A DNA stretch of 64,000 nt from Gammaproteobacteria bacterium (GCA_965262455.1 CBDHFH010000008.1:322790-386789); one strand, 5' to 3'. Positions 46,646 to 57,637 are shown, counted from the stretch's first letter. Numbers and translations: made by a program. The notes: generated from the sequence alone by a model not told the origin.

Positions 46646-47848
46646 ATGAGTGAAACACTAGCCGAGACCCAACCTATTGAAGAGGTTAATCTCAATGGCA
46701 CGCATATTACAATTTTAGGTACCGCACATGTGTCAAAAGCAAGTGCAGATGCCGTGTGTGAATTAATCGAAACGAACCAATTTGACACAATTGCAATTGA
46801 GTTGTGTGAGAGTCGTTATAACTCAATCGTGAATCCAAATTCGTTGGCTGATATGGATTTATTTGAGGTAATTAAATCCAAGAAAGCGAGTATGGTGGCA
46901 GCGAGCTTGGCACTGGGTGCATATCAACAACGGTTGGCAGAACAGTTTGATGTGCAGCCAGGTGAGGAAATGCGAGTAGCCATAAATCTTGCTCAAGATA
47001 AAGATTTGAAACTTGAGTTAATCGACCGTGATGTAGGTATCACCTTAAAACGTTTATATCGCAACATTCCATGGTGGCGAAAACTTTATGTCATATCGGG
47101 CTTAGTCGCGAGTGTGTTGACTAATGAAAAAGTGTCTGAAGAAGAGATTGAGAAACTCAAAACCGGTGATATGCTCGAAAGTACTTTTTCTCAATTTGCC
47201 GATTCTGCCAGCGATTTATTTAGTCCACTAATTTCTGAGAGAGATCGGTTCATGGCTGCTAAGCTAGGATTAGTCGCGAATAATCCACAAACTAATAATA
47301 TGCTTGCTGTTGTTGGAGCCGGGCATCTTGCGGGTATTAAAAAAACACTGCTAAGTGGTGGTGAGGAACCTGAAAAAACGATCGAGGCGTTGACCCATTT
47401 ACCTAAAGCTTCAAGCTTTGGTAAGTATATTCCCTGGATTATTGTTGCATTAGTTTTGTCAGGCTTTGCCATTGGGTTTAATAAAAGTACTGATCTTGGT
47501 TGGGATCTGGTAATTAATTGGATACTTATTAATGGTGGGTTATCTGCAGGTGGTGCCGCGTTAGCTGGGGCGCATATTTTAACTGTCTTGACAGCTTTTT
47601 TAGCTGCGCCTCTCACCTCGTTAAATCCCACTATTGGGGCTGGTGTAGTTACATCTGCCGTGGAATTATATTTACGCAAGCCAACCATCAAAGATTTTGA
47701 AAACGTTCGTGCGGATACGACTAAATTGTCAGGATGGCGTTCTAATCGTGTTGCAAGATTAATTTTAGTATTTCTGTTAAGTACCCTGGGTTCTGTACTC
47801 GGAACCTATATTGCCGGTTTCCATATATTTGATGCGATTGTGAATTAG
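46646..47848 (+). CDS. TraB/GumN-family protein
   Basis: ILGTAHVS motif, AVVGAGHLAG motif and a C-terminal polytopic membrane region. Confidence 0.8.
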   Translation: MSETLAETQPIEEVNLNGTHITILGTAHVSKASADAVCELIETNQFDTIAIELCESRYNSIVNPNSLADMDLFEVIKSKKASMVAASLALGAYQQRLAEQFDVQPGEEMRVAINLAQDKDLKLELIDRDVGITLKRLYRNIPWWRKLYVISGLVASVLTNEKVSEEEIEKLKTGDMLESTFSQFADSASDLFSPLISERDRFMAAKLGLVANNPQTNNMLAVVGAGHLAGIKKTLLSGGEEPEKTIEALTHLPKASSFGKYIPWIIVALVLSGFAIGFNKSTDLGWDLVINWILINGGLSAGGAALAGAHILTVLTAFLAAPLTSLNPTIGAGVVTSAVELYLRKPTIKDFENVRADTTKLSGWRSNRVARLILVFLLSTLGSVLGTYIAGFHIFDAIVN

Positions 47849-47851
47849 ACT

Positions 47852-48655
47852 GTGCTCGAAACAGTTATTATTTTTTTATTGCTGGGTATCGTTGTTGGTT
47901 TTTTCTCAGGACTGCTAGGTATTGGTGGCGGTGGCATCATGGTGCCGGTACTCACAAGTTATTTCTTATACAAAAATGTTCCCGTTGAGCTTGTAGTACA
48001 TTTAGCGCTGGGAACATCAATGGCATCAATTATTGTGACGTCCGCATCCAGTTTGTATGCCCATCATCAACATCAGAGTATATTGTGGAATGTGGTTAAA
48101 GCCATGGTACCTGGTTTATTACTTAGCACATTTGCAGCTACGTATTTGGCAGCTTTGATAAGCTCGCAACACTTAGCAATTATATTTGCCGTTTTCATGG
48201 CTTATGTATCGCTGCAAATGTTTTTAAATCGGCAACCAAAAGCGACGCGTAAATTACCTGGTACACGAGGATTAATGTCTGTTGGTTCAGGTATTGGTGC
48301 AATGTCTGCAATGGTTGCCATTGGTGGAGGTAGCTTAACGGTACCATTTTTGACATGGCATAATATAAATATCAAAAAAGCCATTGGCACTTCAGCCGCG
48401 ATAGGCTTTCCCATCGCTTTCGCTGGTACTGCTGGTTATTTGATAAATGGCTGGAATTCAGGTTATCAGCTTGAGTATTTATTCGGCTTTGTCTATTTGC
48501 CTGCGGTATTATTCATATCGATGATGAGCTACTTTACTGCGCCGCTTGGGGCGAAGCTAGCACACCGACTACCGGTTCCGATCTTAAAAAAAGTGTTTGC
48601 ATTATTTTTATTTTTGCTAGGACTTAAAATGTTAATCTCTGTGATTAACCCCTAG
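47852..48655 (+). CDS. TSUP (TauE/SafE) family anion exporter
   Basis: 8-TM protein with repeated GIGGG motifs (LLGIGGGGIMVP; AIGGGSLTVP). GTG start. Confidence 0.85.
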   Translation: MLETVIIFLLLGIVVGFFSGLLGIGGGGIMVPVLTSYFLYKNVPVELVVHLALGTSMASIIVTSASSLYAHHQHQSILWNVVKAMVPGLLLSTFAATYLAALISSQHLAIIFAVFMAYVSLQMFLNRQPKATRKLPGTRGLMSVGSGIGAMSAMVAIGGGSLTVPFLTWHNINIKKAIGTSAAIGFPIAFAGTAGYLINGWNSGYQLEYLFGFVYLPAVLFISMMSYFTAPLGAKLAHRLPVPILKKVFALFLFLLGLKMLISVINP

Positions 48656-48664
48656 CAGGGTGCG

Positions 48665-50737
48665 TTACTGCTGAACAACCATTCTTTGTGAGTCTTTATT
48701 CCAATATCGGTTCAAGTCTGCAGATATCTGTGCCGCTTCAATAAGTAACACGTCGCTGTTGATATCAGAATTATTATCCGAGTCCTGATCTGCATCATCA
48801 TCAGATTCATTCAGGCCGATAAGCTTCTCATACGTTTTACGGTCTTCTTCTAACTTGGAGAAAGTCTTTTCACGTTCTATTTTATTAAGTGAAAGCTCTG
48901 TTTGATTTTGTAAGGCTTCATTAAGATTGTATAGTTTTATTAATGACTGGTACTTTTCGTCGTCCTTCGTTCTACTATCATGTCTGTTAGATAGATTAGA
49001 TATGATTTCTTTGGATATATGTCGATTATCAAATTGCGTGGGTGAAATTTTTGTCCAGGGCAATGCGTTATCTAAACTTCGCTCACCTTGCTTAGATTTA
49101 TCATACGAGGCCTCAAAGGGAATATCCGGCTCAACACCACGATGCTGTGTGCTGTCACCATTAATTCTATAATATTGGGCAATAGTTGCTTTTAACTGTC
49201 CTAGATTTGCATCGCTTTTACGACCAAACCGATTAAGGTCGACTAGCTGCTGAACTGATCCTTTACCAAACGTTGTTTCGCCGACTATTACTGCGCGGCC
49301 ATAATCTTGTAATGCGCTGGCGACGATCTCAGAAGCAGAAGCACTGAAGCGATCAACAAGCACTACCATTGCACCGTGATATGAAATATTTTCATCTTTA
49401 TCTTTATGTATTTCTATGTGGCCACTTGAATCGCGTACTTGAACAATTGGCCCTTTGTCGATGAATAAGCCAGCTAGTTGAGTTGCTTCAATCAAAGAGC
49501 CGCCGCCATTAGAACGAAGATCCAGTACGAGAGCGTCAACTTTTTCCTCTGTTAGTTCTCTGAGTAAACGATCTACGTCACGTGTGGTACTTCGGTAGTC
49601 TTCTTCACCGTTCTGAAAGGCATTAAAGTCTAAATAAAATGTAGGAATTTTGATAATGCCAACTTTGTCAGCTTGGTTATTATTTTGTACTTCAATAACT
49701 TCTTTGGTTGCTGCCTGTTCCTCGAGTTTTATTTTATTACGCGTTATCGATATTTCTTCAACGGCAGCACCATCACCCTTATCGCCAGGTAATATTTGTA
49801 ATTTAACTACTGTATCTTTCGGGCCACGAATAAGCTCAACGACTTCTTCTAAACGCCAGCCAACCACGTCAGTGAATTCTTTTTCGGTTTGTTGACGAAT
49901 ACCAATAATTTTATCCTTGGCATGAAGTTCATCGCCAAGATCTGCCGGACCACCTGGGATAATGCGCTCGACGACAGTATGATCACCATCAGTACGCAGA
50001 AGGGCACCAATGCCCTCAAGAGATAAGCTCATGCGAATTTCAAAATTATCAAATGAGCGGGGCGATAGATAACTTGTATGAGGGTCTATCGCAGTTGCAT
50101 AAGCATTGATGTAAAGTTGAAAGATATCATTTTCATCAAGCTGAGTTGTTCGCTTTAGAACGCTGCTGTATCTTTTATTTAAAGTATTTTTGATTTCGTC
50201 TGGCTTTTTGTCCGCTAACAGTAGAGAAAGAACATCATTCTTGATGCGTTTTCGCCAAATTTCATCTTGTTGCATTATTGTATACGGCCAAGCATCATTC
50301 TCTCGTTCTATATTAAAAGATTCCATTTTGTCAAAATCAAAGTCTTTTTCTATCATCAGTAACGCATACTCTATGCGTTCGCTGACTCGCTTTTGATAAG
50401 TAGAGAAAATTGAATAGGCGGGCAGTAAATTATTTGATCTTAACGCATCATCCAATGCATATTTGTATTTATCAAATCGTGCGATATCCGTGGCAAGAAA
50501 ATAACTTTTTGTGGGATCCAAGGTTTCTAAAAAATTCTTGAAAATAGTGGCTGAGAATTCATCATCAAGTTCGATCTTGCGATAATGATAACGGCCCAAG
50601 AAATCGGTAATGATTTTAGTCGCTCTTAAATGGTCAACAGTCGGTGAGAGTGTTGTGGGATTCTCTACACTGAAGCAATTGAATGACGTAAGTGTAAGTA
50701 ACAAGGCTAGCAGCCAATGAGATATAAATTTATACAC
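48665..50737 (-). CDS. prc: Tail-specific (C-terminal processing) protease Prc, S41 family
   Basis: 690 aa with a signal peptide, a PDZ region and the S41 catalytic region (RFSASASEIVASALQDYGRAVIVGETTFGKGSVQ). Confidence 0.93.
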   Translation of the reverse strand: MYKFISHWLLALLLTLTSFNCFSVENPTTLSPTVDHLRATKIITDFLGRYHYRKIELDDEFSATIFKNFLETLDPTKSYFLATDIARFDKYKYALDDALRSNNLLPAYSIFSTYQKRVSERIEYALLMIEKDFDFDKMESFNIERENDAWPYTIMQQDEIWRKRIKNDVLSLLLADKKPDEIKNTLNKRYSSVLKRTTQLDENDIFQLYINAYATAIDPHTSYLSPRSFDNFEIRMSLSLEGIGALLRTDGDHTVVERIIPGGPADLGDELHAKDKIIGIRQQTEKEFTDVVGWRLEEVVELIRGPKDTVVKLQILPGDKGDGAAVEEISITRNKIKLEEQAATKEVIEVQNNNQADKVGIIKIPTFYLDFNAFQNGEEDYRSTTRDVDRLLRELTEEKVDALVLDLRSNGGGSLIEATQLAGLFIDKGPIVQVRDSSGHIEIHKDKDENISYHGAMVVLVDRFSASASEIVASALQDYGRAVIVGETTFGKGSVQQLVDLNRFGRKSDANLGQLKATIAQYYRINGDSTQHRGVEPDIPFEASYDKSKQGERSLDNALPWTKISPTQFDNRHISKEIISNLSNRHDSRTKDDEKYQSLIKLYNLNEALQNQTELSLNKIEREKTFSKLEEDRKTYEKLIGLNESDDDADQDSDNNSDINSDVLLIEAAQISADLNRYWNKDSQRMVVQQ

Positions 50738-50990
50738 AATAATTTATTCGATTTGACAGTAATTAATTGGTCGATTTGCGGAAATTCAATTTATTGTATA
50801 CAGGTGTTTAAGTAAATAGTTTGTTTGAGTCTTTATTTTGATGAAAAATTCTCAGAGATTGCAATAAATACCCTCTAAAATAGCTTACTTATTATTTGTT
50901 CGTACATCACAAAGTGCCATATAATAATGCACGCTAACATGTAACTTATTGAAATAAAACAATATATCGACATGATGTCGAATCATAATC

Positions 50991-51515
50991 ATGACACATC
51001 AGGAAAAGGGAGAGAGCGTTGTGGACACGCTAAAGCAAGAAAAAAAACTATTTATGACGCGTTTAATGACACCAGAAATGGCCAATTTTTCTGGCAAGGT
51101 GCATGGAGGGCATATTCTTAAATTACTTGATGAAGCCGCCTTTTCTTGTGCGTCACGCTATTGCCAAACTTATGTTGTGACTGCAGCGCTAGATAATGTC
51201 ATGTTTAAAAACCCATTAATGGTGGGTGATTTGGCTACGTTTAAGTGTCATGTAAATTATGTCGGTCGCAGTTCAATGGAAATTGGCATCAAAGTTGAAG
51301 GAGAAAAAATCTACGAGAAGAAAAAGTATCACGCTATTTCATGTTACTTCACAATGATTTCAGTCGATGAACAAGGCAAACCACAACAGGTGCCTCGATT
51401 ACAACTTGAAACTGAAATTGAAGAGAAATTATTTGAAGCTGGCAAGATGCGCTGTCAGATGCGTAAGGAAGTGCAAGAAAAAAATATGCAGTTACACGTC
51501 AGCTTTGACCAATAG
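50991..51515 (+). CDS. Acyl-CoA thioesterase, hotdog fold (YciA-like)
   Basis: LMTPEMANFSGKVHGGHILKLLDEAAF signature. An alternative GTG start at 51021 is preceded by GGGAGAG. Confidence 0.85.
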   Translation: MTHQEKGESVVDTLKQEKKLFMTRLMTPEMANFSGKVHGGHILKLLDEAAFSCASRYCQTYVVTAALDNVMFKNPLMVGDLATFKCHVNYVGRSSMEIGIKVEGEKIYEKKKYHAISCYFTMISVDEQGKPQQVPRLQLETEIEEKLFEAGKMRCQMRKEVQEKNMQLHVSFDQ

Positions 51516-51573
51516 TCACTATCGAATGGCTTGGTGGTATTTGTAATTGGCTGGATATTTGCGCTGCTAAGCC

Positions 51574-52635
51574 TCACGCACGTTTCAATTGTGGGTATGA
51601 AAATACACTTATCAAACCTTTCTTAACTAACGACTCTAATTTTTTAGCCACCAAGTAAGCAAGCACAGATATAAATGCAACCGCCAAAATCGGGTAGATA
51701 GCGCTTGGAACTGACGTTAAGTAATTATCTAGCATGATTGTGATCGAAATCATCATGTTTTCATGCAATAAATAAAGCGGGTAGCTAATAAAGCCAAAAA
51801 ATAGGAATACTTTATTACTCATGATTGCTTGAGCTTTGCTATTGGTAATCGCAACATAAAATAACAGTGATACAAAAAGTGCTGCAATCAATGCGCCCAG
51901 TTCAAAGCTGCTTTCTACGCAAGAACTTATCAGTGAGAAAATAACACCAATGACTAACCACTGCACTTGGTTGTGTTTGGTATATAAATAGTATGCTGCA
52001 CCAGCGGCAAACCAACCAAAATATTTGAAGCTAAGTAGATCTGTGATGGAGTGAAGTGCTGAGAATATGCTTGCTGAGCTGTAAGCGCTTACCTGGCTCG
52101 ATATCAACCATGCTAGGAAGCATATAAATAATGCGTAAACTAATTTTTTACTGCCAATGAAGAAATATAATAAAGCTGCAATCACATAAAATTTGAACTC
52201 GACATACAGTGACCAGAATGACCCTTCCAAACTGTCAAATTCCAGTCCTGTCACTTTCAGCCAAATGTATGGCTCGATGAATGTAAGGCCAGGAATCAAG
52301 TCTTGTGTGTTGGGTTGACCAAGAGGGCGATATTGAAACAAGCCGGCCGTAACGAACACGATGAGTGAGCATATCAGCATGGCTGGAAACAAGCGTAACC
52401 ATCGGCGATAAATGAAGTTTCTTATGCCATCACATTTCTCAAGCGTCATTAAAATAACAAATCCAGAAATCAGGAAGAACAGCTGTACGCCTAAATAGCC
52501 ATAGCGAAATATAGGTAACTCGCTGTAGGTATCACCATACGGAACGATATCGCTCCACCGAGTGTAGGCATGGAACAAAATCACCATCAAGATGGCGATG
52601 CCACGTAAACCATCTAAATGATTTATTCGATTCAT
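51574..52635 (-). CDS. Acyltransferase family 3 membrane protein
   Basis: LDGLRGIAILMVILFH N-terminal signature; about 10 TM segments. Confidence 0.85.
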   Translation of the reverse strand: MNRINHLDGLRGIAILMVILFHAYTRWSDIVPYGDTYSELPIFRYGYLGVQLFFLISGFVILMTLEKCDGIRNFIYRRWLRLFPAMLICSLIVFVTAGLFQYRPLGQPNTQDLIPGLTFIEPYIWLKVTGLEFDSLEGSFWSLYVEFKFYVIAALLYFFIGSKKLVYALFICFLAWLISSQVSAYSSASIFSALHSITDLLSFKYFGWFAAGAAYYLYTKHNQVQWLVIGVIFSLISSCVESSFELGALIAALFVSLLFYVAITNSKAQAIMSNKVFLFFGFISYPLYLLHENMMISITIMLDNYLTSVPSAIYPILAVAFISVLAYLVAKKLESLVKKGLISVFSYPQLKRA

Positions 52636-52995
52636 TAGTTAACTCAGTGTGTTATTAAAAATCTTCTAACTCGGTTAAATGAGTTGGGTGACAGCACTGA
52701 TACATGCTGTATAAATTTCAGTGACTTATTTTAGACAAGCTGTGATTAATTTCTGTGATGAAATTCATTTCATCTCCAGCTTGGCGATATTGTGGTAGAG
52801 CAGTTATCGAGCGAGCACTAGGCTTAACTACATAATGCAATCTGCTTACTGCGCTGTCACAATATTAGTGTTACTGCTGATATGAAATATCAGGTAGGGG
52901 CAGGATGACTAGGGTATGTTTTGTAGTAGGTGAATTTATCGTGTGTTAAATAGGAAATTATTTAATAACAAGGGTAATGAGATCTAAATTGCAAT

Positions 52996-53027
52996 CAGTG
53001 GCTTTGGTTTAAGACCTCAGCCACTGA
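52996..53027 (-). terminator. Candidate terminator hairpin downstream of cspA
   Basis: TCAGTGGC ... GCCACTGA: an 8-bp stem with a 16-nt loop. The following U-tract on the - strand is weak. Confidence 0.4.
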
Positions 53028-53041
53028 ATAAGTATAAAAGA

Positions 53042-53248
53042 TTATATTGCTACAACATTGTTTGCACATGGCCCCTTATCGGTCTCACCGACTTCAAATT
53101 CAACTTCTTGGCCATCTTTTAATGTTGCAAAACCTCCATCATTTTTTATTTCAGAAAAATGTACGAAAAGGTCTTTGCCACCATCTTCAGGGGTGATGAA
53201 GCCAAAGCCTTTTTTTGCGCTGAACCATTTAACTGTGCCTTTACTCAT
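53042..53248 (-). CDS. cspA: Cold-shock protein (CspA family)
   Basis: [34 protein letters not shown] contains the RNP1/RNP2 motifs. The start was set at MSKG (53248). Confidence 0.95.
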   Translation of the reverse strand: MSKGTVKWFSAKKGFGFITPEDGGKDLFVHFSEIKNDGGFATLKDGQEVEFEVGETDKGPCANNVVAI

Positions 53249-53415
53249 TTTTTTCATTCCTTCAATAAATAATAAAACCACCAGCCACGCATTATGATTA
53301 CTGCATCACTGGAAGCTATAGTTTACCCGAAGAAACCTAAAGATTGATACACAAATCAGTGAATTAAATGGCAATTATTAATTTTATTTACCTAGTGTGT
53401 AATTAATAAATCAGG

Positions 53416-54300
53416 TTATAAAATACATTCAACTTCTTTGATTAATTCAATATAACTGTTGTAACGTGATTGCTTGATGTTGCCCTGCGTTACCTGGTTT
53501 TGGATCGCACAATTAGGTTCGTTAATGTGTAGGCAGTTGGTGAATTTGCAATACTTGATGTGTTCTAAAAATTCTTCAAAGCCAGATATGACTTGTTGCT
53601 TGTCAGTGAAAATGGGCATGAATGTGCGTACACCTGGGGAATCTATAATTTTCCCATGCTGGTTAATATTATGTGCATAGGCATTGGTGGTAGTGTGTTT
53701 CCCTTGTTGAATAGTTTTCGAGAGAGTGCCTACTTTTATTTGATTGCTATGTAATAGACGATTGATTAATGATGATTTGCCAACGCCTGACTGACCCACA
53801 AGTATGGTATTTTCATTGCCAATCACAGTGCGTAACGCTTGAATGCCATAGCCTAGTTTTGCACTAGTAATAATAAAATGGTCCACTAAGTTTTGATAAA
53901 CATCCTCTAATACCTTGATATTGATTTGCTGAGCATTTAACAGCTCAGCTTTATTGATAGCGATGGTAACTTTGCACTGATTCAATCGTGCGCATACTAA
54001 ATATTTGTCTATTAATGTGCTGGAGAGTGCTGGAGTTGCAGCCACAACAATAATCATATGATCAATATTGGCCGCTAGTGTTTTTTCTCGCTTGAAATTA
54101 TCAATGCGTGTGATTTGATTTTTGCGTGCGAGTATTTTTTCTATGACATGTTTGGATTGTGATATTTCGTTACATTCCACTCGGTCACCACATACCGCAT
54201 CGATGGCGCTGGTTCTTGCATGGCAATTATGGTGCCTGCCTTGGTCGTCTTCAACGATAAATGTTTTGCCTTGTCTAGCGATGACCTGAGCAAGATACAT
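53416..54300 (-). CDS. rsgA: Ribosome small-subunit-dependent GTPase A (RsgA/YjeQ)
   Basis: Circularly permuted GTPase with GQSGVGKSSLINRL and the C-terminal zinc knuckle CKFTNCLHINEPNCA. Confidence 0.92.
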   Translation of the reverse strand: MYLAQVIARQGKTFIVEDDQGRHHNCHARTSAIDAVCGDRVECNEISQSKHVIEKILARKNQITRIDNFKREKTLAANIDHMIIVVAATPALSSTLIDKYLVCARLNQCKVTIAINKAELLNAQQINIKVLEDVYQNLVDHFIITSAKLGYGIQALRTVIGNENTILVGQSGVGKSSLINRLLHSNQIKVGTLSKTIQQGKHTTTNAYAHNINQHGKIIDSPGVRTFMPIFTDKQQVISGFEEFLEHIKYCKFTNCLHINEPNCAIQNQVTQGNIKQSRYNSYIELIKEVECIL

Positions 54301-54308
54301 AAATTCGA

Positions 54309-54587
54309 TTAGTAATGATAATACTGATCGTTTAAGTAGTCTGTCACAGTAATGATTTGTGATTGATCCCAGTCCGCATCACTGCCTTCGGCGCAATAAG
54401 CAACACGTGTTTTCAATTCTTGCATGTTATTAACAATACGGTTATCTCTCGCATAAATGACATGACCGTCACCTCCAGTCATGCGGCTATGACAGTCAAT
54501 ACAATGTGATTCGTACTCAGATTGGCCCTTCTCGGCAAGGACGGTATGTGTGTAGACAATAACTAAAAATAGTAGGGCGCATTTCAT
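54309..54587 (-). CDS. Small monohaem c-type cytochrome (about 92 aa precursor)
   Basis: Signal peptide MKCALLFLVIVYTHTVLA and a single CIDCH haem-binding motif. The start was set at 54587; the track ORF extends to 54653. Confidence 0.65.
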   Translation of the reverse strand: MKCALLFLVIVYTHTVLAEKGQSEYESHCIDCHSRMTGGDGHVIYARDNRIVNNMQELKTRVAYCAEGSDADWDQSQIITVTDYLNDQYYHY

Positions 54588-54690
54588 TTTCAAATGAGTT
54601 CTCTTTTGGATATTGGAATAGATTTTCATCATTGGCGTTGACTTGGTGTACACTCTTCAACAATCTAATTATACCAATAGTGAAAATAGA

Positions 54691-55254
54691 GTGGATCAAA
54701 ATTCTACTGATAGTGATAATAATCTTATCTGGATCGATTTAGAAATGACCGGCCTGGACACGTTGAACGATGAAATAATCGAAATCGCAACCATCGTGAC
54801 AGATAAAGAACTTAATATCCTTGCCGAAGGCCCGATGATTGCCATTCACTTGCCGCAAAGTCGATTGGATCTTATGGATGAGTGGAATCAAACTCAACAT
54901 GGAAAATCAGGCTTAATTCAGCGCGTACTCGATAGTCAATATACGCTGGCTCAGGCTGAAGCCGAAACCATGACCTTCTTGGAAAAATATGTCACAGCAG
55001 GAAAGTCGCCGATGTGTGGAAACAGTATCTGCCAAGATCGACGTTTTCTAGCTCGTCAGATGCCACTCCTAGAAGAATTTTTTCATTACCGTAATCTGGA
55101 TGTGAGCACATTAAAAGAGTTAGTCAAGCGCTGGTATCCTGGTGATGGCTTTAGTTTCGATAAAGAGTCAGAACACCTTGCATTAGCCGATATTCGTGAC
55201 TCGATTGATGAACTCAAGCACTATCGTGAAAAATTATTTGTTAAGGTCGACTGA
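54691..55254 (+). CDS. orn: Oligoribonuclease Orn
   Basis: [16 protein letters not shown] exonuclease motif. The start was set at the in-frame GTG at 54691, giving an E. coli-like length; the track ORF begins at TTG 54643. Confidence 0.93.
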   Translation: MDQNSTDSDNNLIWIDLEMTGLDTLNDEIIEIATIVTDKELNILAEGPMIAIHLPQSRLDLMDEWNQTQHGKSGLIQRVLDSQYTLAQAEAETMTFLEKYVTAGKSPMCGNSICQDRRFLARQMPLLEEFFHYRNLDVSTLKELVKRWYPGDGFSFDKESEHLALADIRDSIDELKHYREKLFVKVD

Positions 55255-56903
55255 AGCGTTTCAGTATCCCAGCCAGTGACGCGTTGATTAAGATCCGGGG
55301 TAAGTATTGTGTTGATATTATCCAGCGCAGGATCTGTCTCTGGATAATCTAAGGTGTAATGAAGACCGCGACTCTCTTTCCGTTCCAGTGCGCTTTGAAT
55401 AATCAAATCTGCAACCACAGCAATATTCCGCAGCTCAATTAAATCACCAGTGACTTTAAAATGGCTGTAATACTCATCAATTTCACTAAGAAGTAAATCA
55501 ATACGATGTTTCGCACGTTGCAAGCGTTTTGTGCTGCGTACAATACCCACGTAGTCCCACATGAAACGGCGAATTTCATCCCAGTTATGTGCGACAACAA
55601 TTTCTTCATCTGAGTCAGACACACGGCTTGCATCCCATTCCGGAATATCAATCAGTTTAGTTGTCAAATTGGTTGAGCGATTAATATGTTGTCCCGCAAA
55701 GCGACCATAGGCTAAACATTCAAGCAACGAGTTGCTTGCCATACGGTTAGCGCCATGCAAACCAGTGAAGGCTACCTCACCAATGGCGTAAAGGTGTGCA
55801 ATATCTGTTTGTCCGTGTTGATCTGTAACAACACCACCACAGGTATAATGTGCCGCCGGCACAACAGGAATCGGTTGTTTGGTCATGTCGTAACCAAGTG
55901 ATAAGCAGCGCGCATGAATATTCGGGAAGTGGCTTTTAATGAAATCTGCCGGTTTGTGGGTAATGTCCAGGTAGACATTGTCTAGACCATGTTTTTTCAT
56001 CATGTAATCGATCGCACGCGCCACTATATCTCTCGGCGCCAGCACACCTCGAGGGTCAAATTCATGCAGGAATTCTGTGCCATCTTCTAATGTGATCTTG
56101 CCGCCTTCACCTCTAATGGCCTCGCTTAATAAGTATGATTTTGCCTTGGGATGGTATAAACACGTTGGGTGAAACTGCATGAATTCCATATTGGCGACAC
56201 TGCATCCTGCACGCCATGCCATGGCCAGGCCATCTCCACAGGCACCATCCGGATTGCTGGTATATAAGTACACTTTGCTGGCCCCGCCGGTGGCGAGGAC
56301 GACATTTTTGGCGCGAAACACTTCCACTTGACCAGACGCAATATTGAAAATGTATGCACCAACGCAGCGATTATCTTGATAGCCCAATTTGCGTGTTGTG
56401 ATTAAGTCAACGGCAATATAATTTGAGAACAAATCAATATGCTCGCGCTTATGCACATCATCAATGAGCTGATTTTGTACTGCATTGCCTGTGGCATCCG
56501 CGACATGTGCCACGCGGCGTCGGGTATGACCGCCTTCCCGTGTGAGATGCAGTTGATGACCACTCTGGGGATTGTTTTCACGCGTAAAATCAACCCCGAT
56601 AGATAACAGCCAGTCAATCACGTCGCGCCCTTCAGAGACTGTTTTTGCCACTACATCAGGGTCGCATAAGTCTGCACCAGCAGAAATCGTATCGGCAATA
56701 TGCTGCTCTACAGAGTCATTATCATCTAACACGGCTGAGATACCGCCTTGAGCATAAGAGGTATTGCCGCTACTGAGTTCGGCTTTTGAGATCACCGCGA
56801 TGCGTAAACTTTGGTCAATGTGCAGGGCGGTACTAAGACCCGCGGCGCCACTGCCTAGGATGAGCACGTCGTAATCGTGTGATTTTGATGGCTTTGAACT
56901 CAT
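55221..56903 (-). CDS. nadB: L-aspartate oxidase NadB
   Basis: FAD-binding N-terminus [13 protein letters not shown] and fumarate-reductase/succinate-dehydrogenase-like flavoprotein motifs. Confidence 0.96.
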   Translation of the reverse strand: MSSKPSKSHDYDVLILGSGAAGLSTALHIDQSLRIAVISKAELSSGNTSYAQGGISAVLDDNDSVEQHIADTISAGADLCDPDVVAKTVSEGRDVIDWLLSIGVDFTRENNPQSGHQLHLTREGGHTRRRVAHVADATGNAVQNQLIDDVHKREHIDLFSNYIAVDLITTRKLGYQDNRCVGAYIFNIASGQVEVFRAKNVVLATGGASKVYLYTSNPDGACGDGLAMAWRAGCSVANMEFMQFHPTCLYHPKAKSYLLSEAIRGEGGKITLEDGTEFLHEFDPRGVLAPRDIVARAIDYMMKKHGLDNVYLDITHKPADFIKSHFPNIHARCLSLGYDMTKQPIPVVPAAHYTCGGVVTDQHGQTDIAHLYAIGEVAFTGLHGANRMASNSLLECLAYGRFAGQHINRSTNLTTKLIDIPEWDASRVSDSDEEIVVAHNWDEIRRFMWDYVGIVRSTKRLQRAKHRIDLLLSEIDEYYSHFKVTGDLIELRNIAVVADLIIQSALERKESRGLHYTLDYPETDPALDNINTILTPDLNQRVTGWDTETLQSTLTNNFSR

Positions 56904-56993
56904 AATTTTATAATTTTGTCACAAAATATGTGACGCCGTTAGCATCTATCGTTAGTATATCGCCGTAATTGCCCATTCCAGATGGCTTTGGGC

Positions 56994-57020
56994 GAACTTC
57001 ATCGATCTAACATAGTCATA
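56994..57020 (+). promoter_or_regulatory. Sigma-E-type autoregulated promoter candidate for rpoE
   Basis: GAACTT-N16-TCATA, compared with the E. coli sigma-E consensus GGAACTT-N16-TCnnA. It lies 42 nt upstream of the rpoE ATG. Confidence 0.5.
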
Positions 57021-57061
57021 TCATCAGCGGATAGCTATTCGCCCAAGGAGATAAGCCCAAG

Positions 57062-57637
57062 ATGGGCGAGCATAATAATAACGATAAAGAACTGGTTGAA
57101 CGTGCGCAGCAAGGGGATACCCGCGCATTTGATTTGTTAGTTCAAAAATATCAGTTCAAAGTGGTTAACTTGGTGAGTCGTTACGTCCGTTCTGAGGAAG
57201 CCCAAGATGTTGCTCAGGAAGCATTTATCAAGGCTTACCGTGGATTAAAGAATTTTCGTGGAGACGCCGCATTTTATACTTGGCTGTATCGAATAGCCGT
57301 GAACTCCGCTAAGAATTACTTACTTTCTGCTTCACGTCGTCAAGCAGATCGTCAGGTCGATGTAGAAGATGCAGAATATTTTGATGATGCAGTAGTGCTT
57401 CGTGATTACACCACACCCGATAGCATGCTTCAGTCAGAAGAGTTGGAACAAAAAGTGTTTGATGCGATCCATCAATTGCCGGATGACCTAAAGATGGCTA
57501 TTACTTTGAGAGAGCTAGAGGGCTTGAGCTACGAACAAATTGCAGAAGCCATGGAGTGCCCGATTGGCACAGTAAGATCTCGAATTTTTAGAGCACGTGA
57601 AGCAATTGATAAAGTAGTGCGCCCATTAATGGACTAG
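57062..57637 (+). CDS. rpoE: Envelope-stress sigma factor RpoE (AlgU, sigma-24)
   Basis: 191 aa. The region 4 sequence LEGLSYEQIAEAMECPIGTVRSRIFRAREAI is nearly identical to that of enterobacterial RpoE. Confidence 0.96.
   Translation: MGEHNNNDKELVERAQQGDTRAFDLLVQKYQFKVVNLVSRYVRSEEAQDVAQEAFIKAYRGLKNFRGDAAFYTWLYRIAVNSAKNYLLSASRRQADRQVDVEDAEYFDDAVVLRDYTTPDSMLQSEELEQKVFDAIHQLPDDLKMAITLRELEGLSYEQIAEAMECPIGTVRSRIFRAREAIDKVVRPLMD

Noticed and set aside
47191-47691. 166-aa antisense ORF inside the traB-family gene; likewise 33634-34002 inside sat, and the many 60-90 aa antisense ORFs in the track
   Set aside because: These are shadow ORFs opposite genes with clear family signatures. None has a recognisable motif or translation signal.
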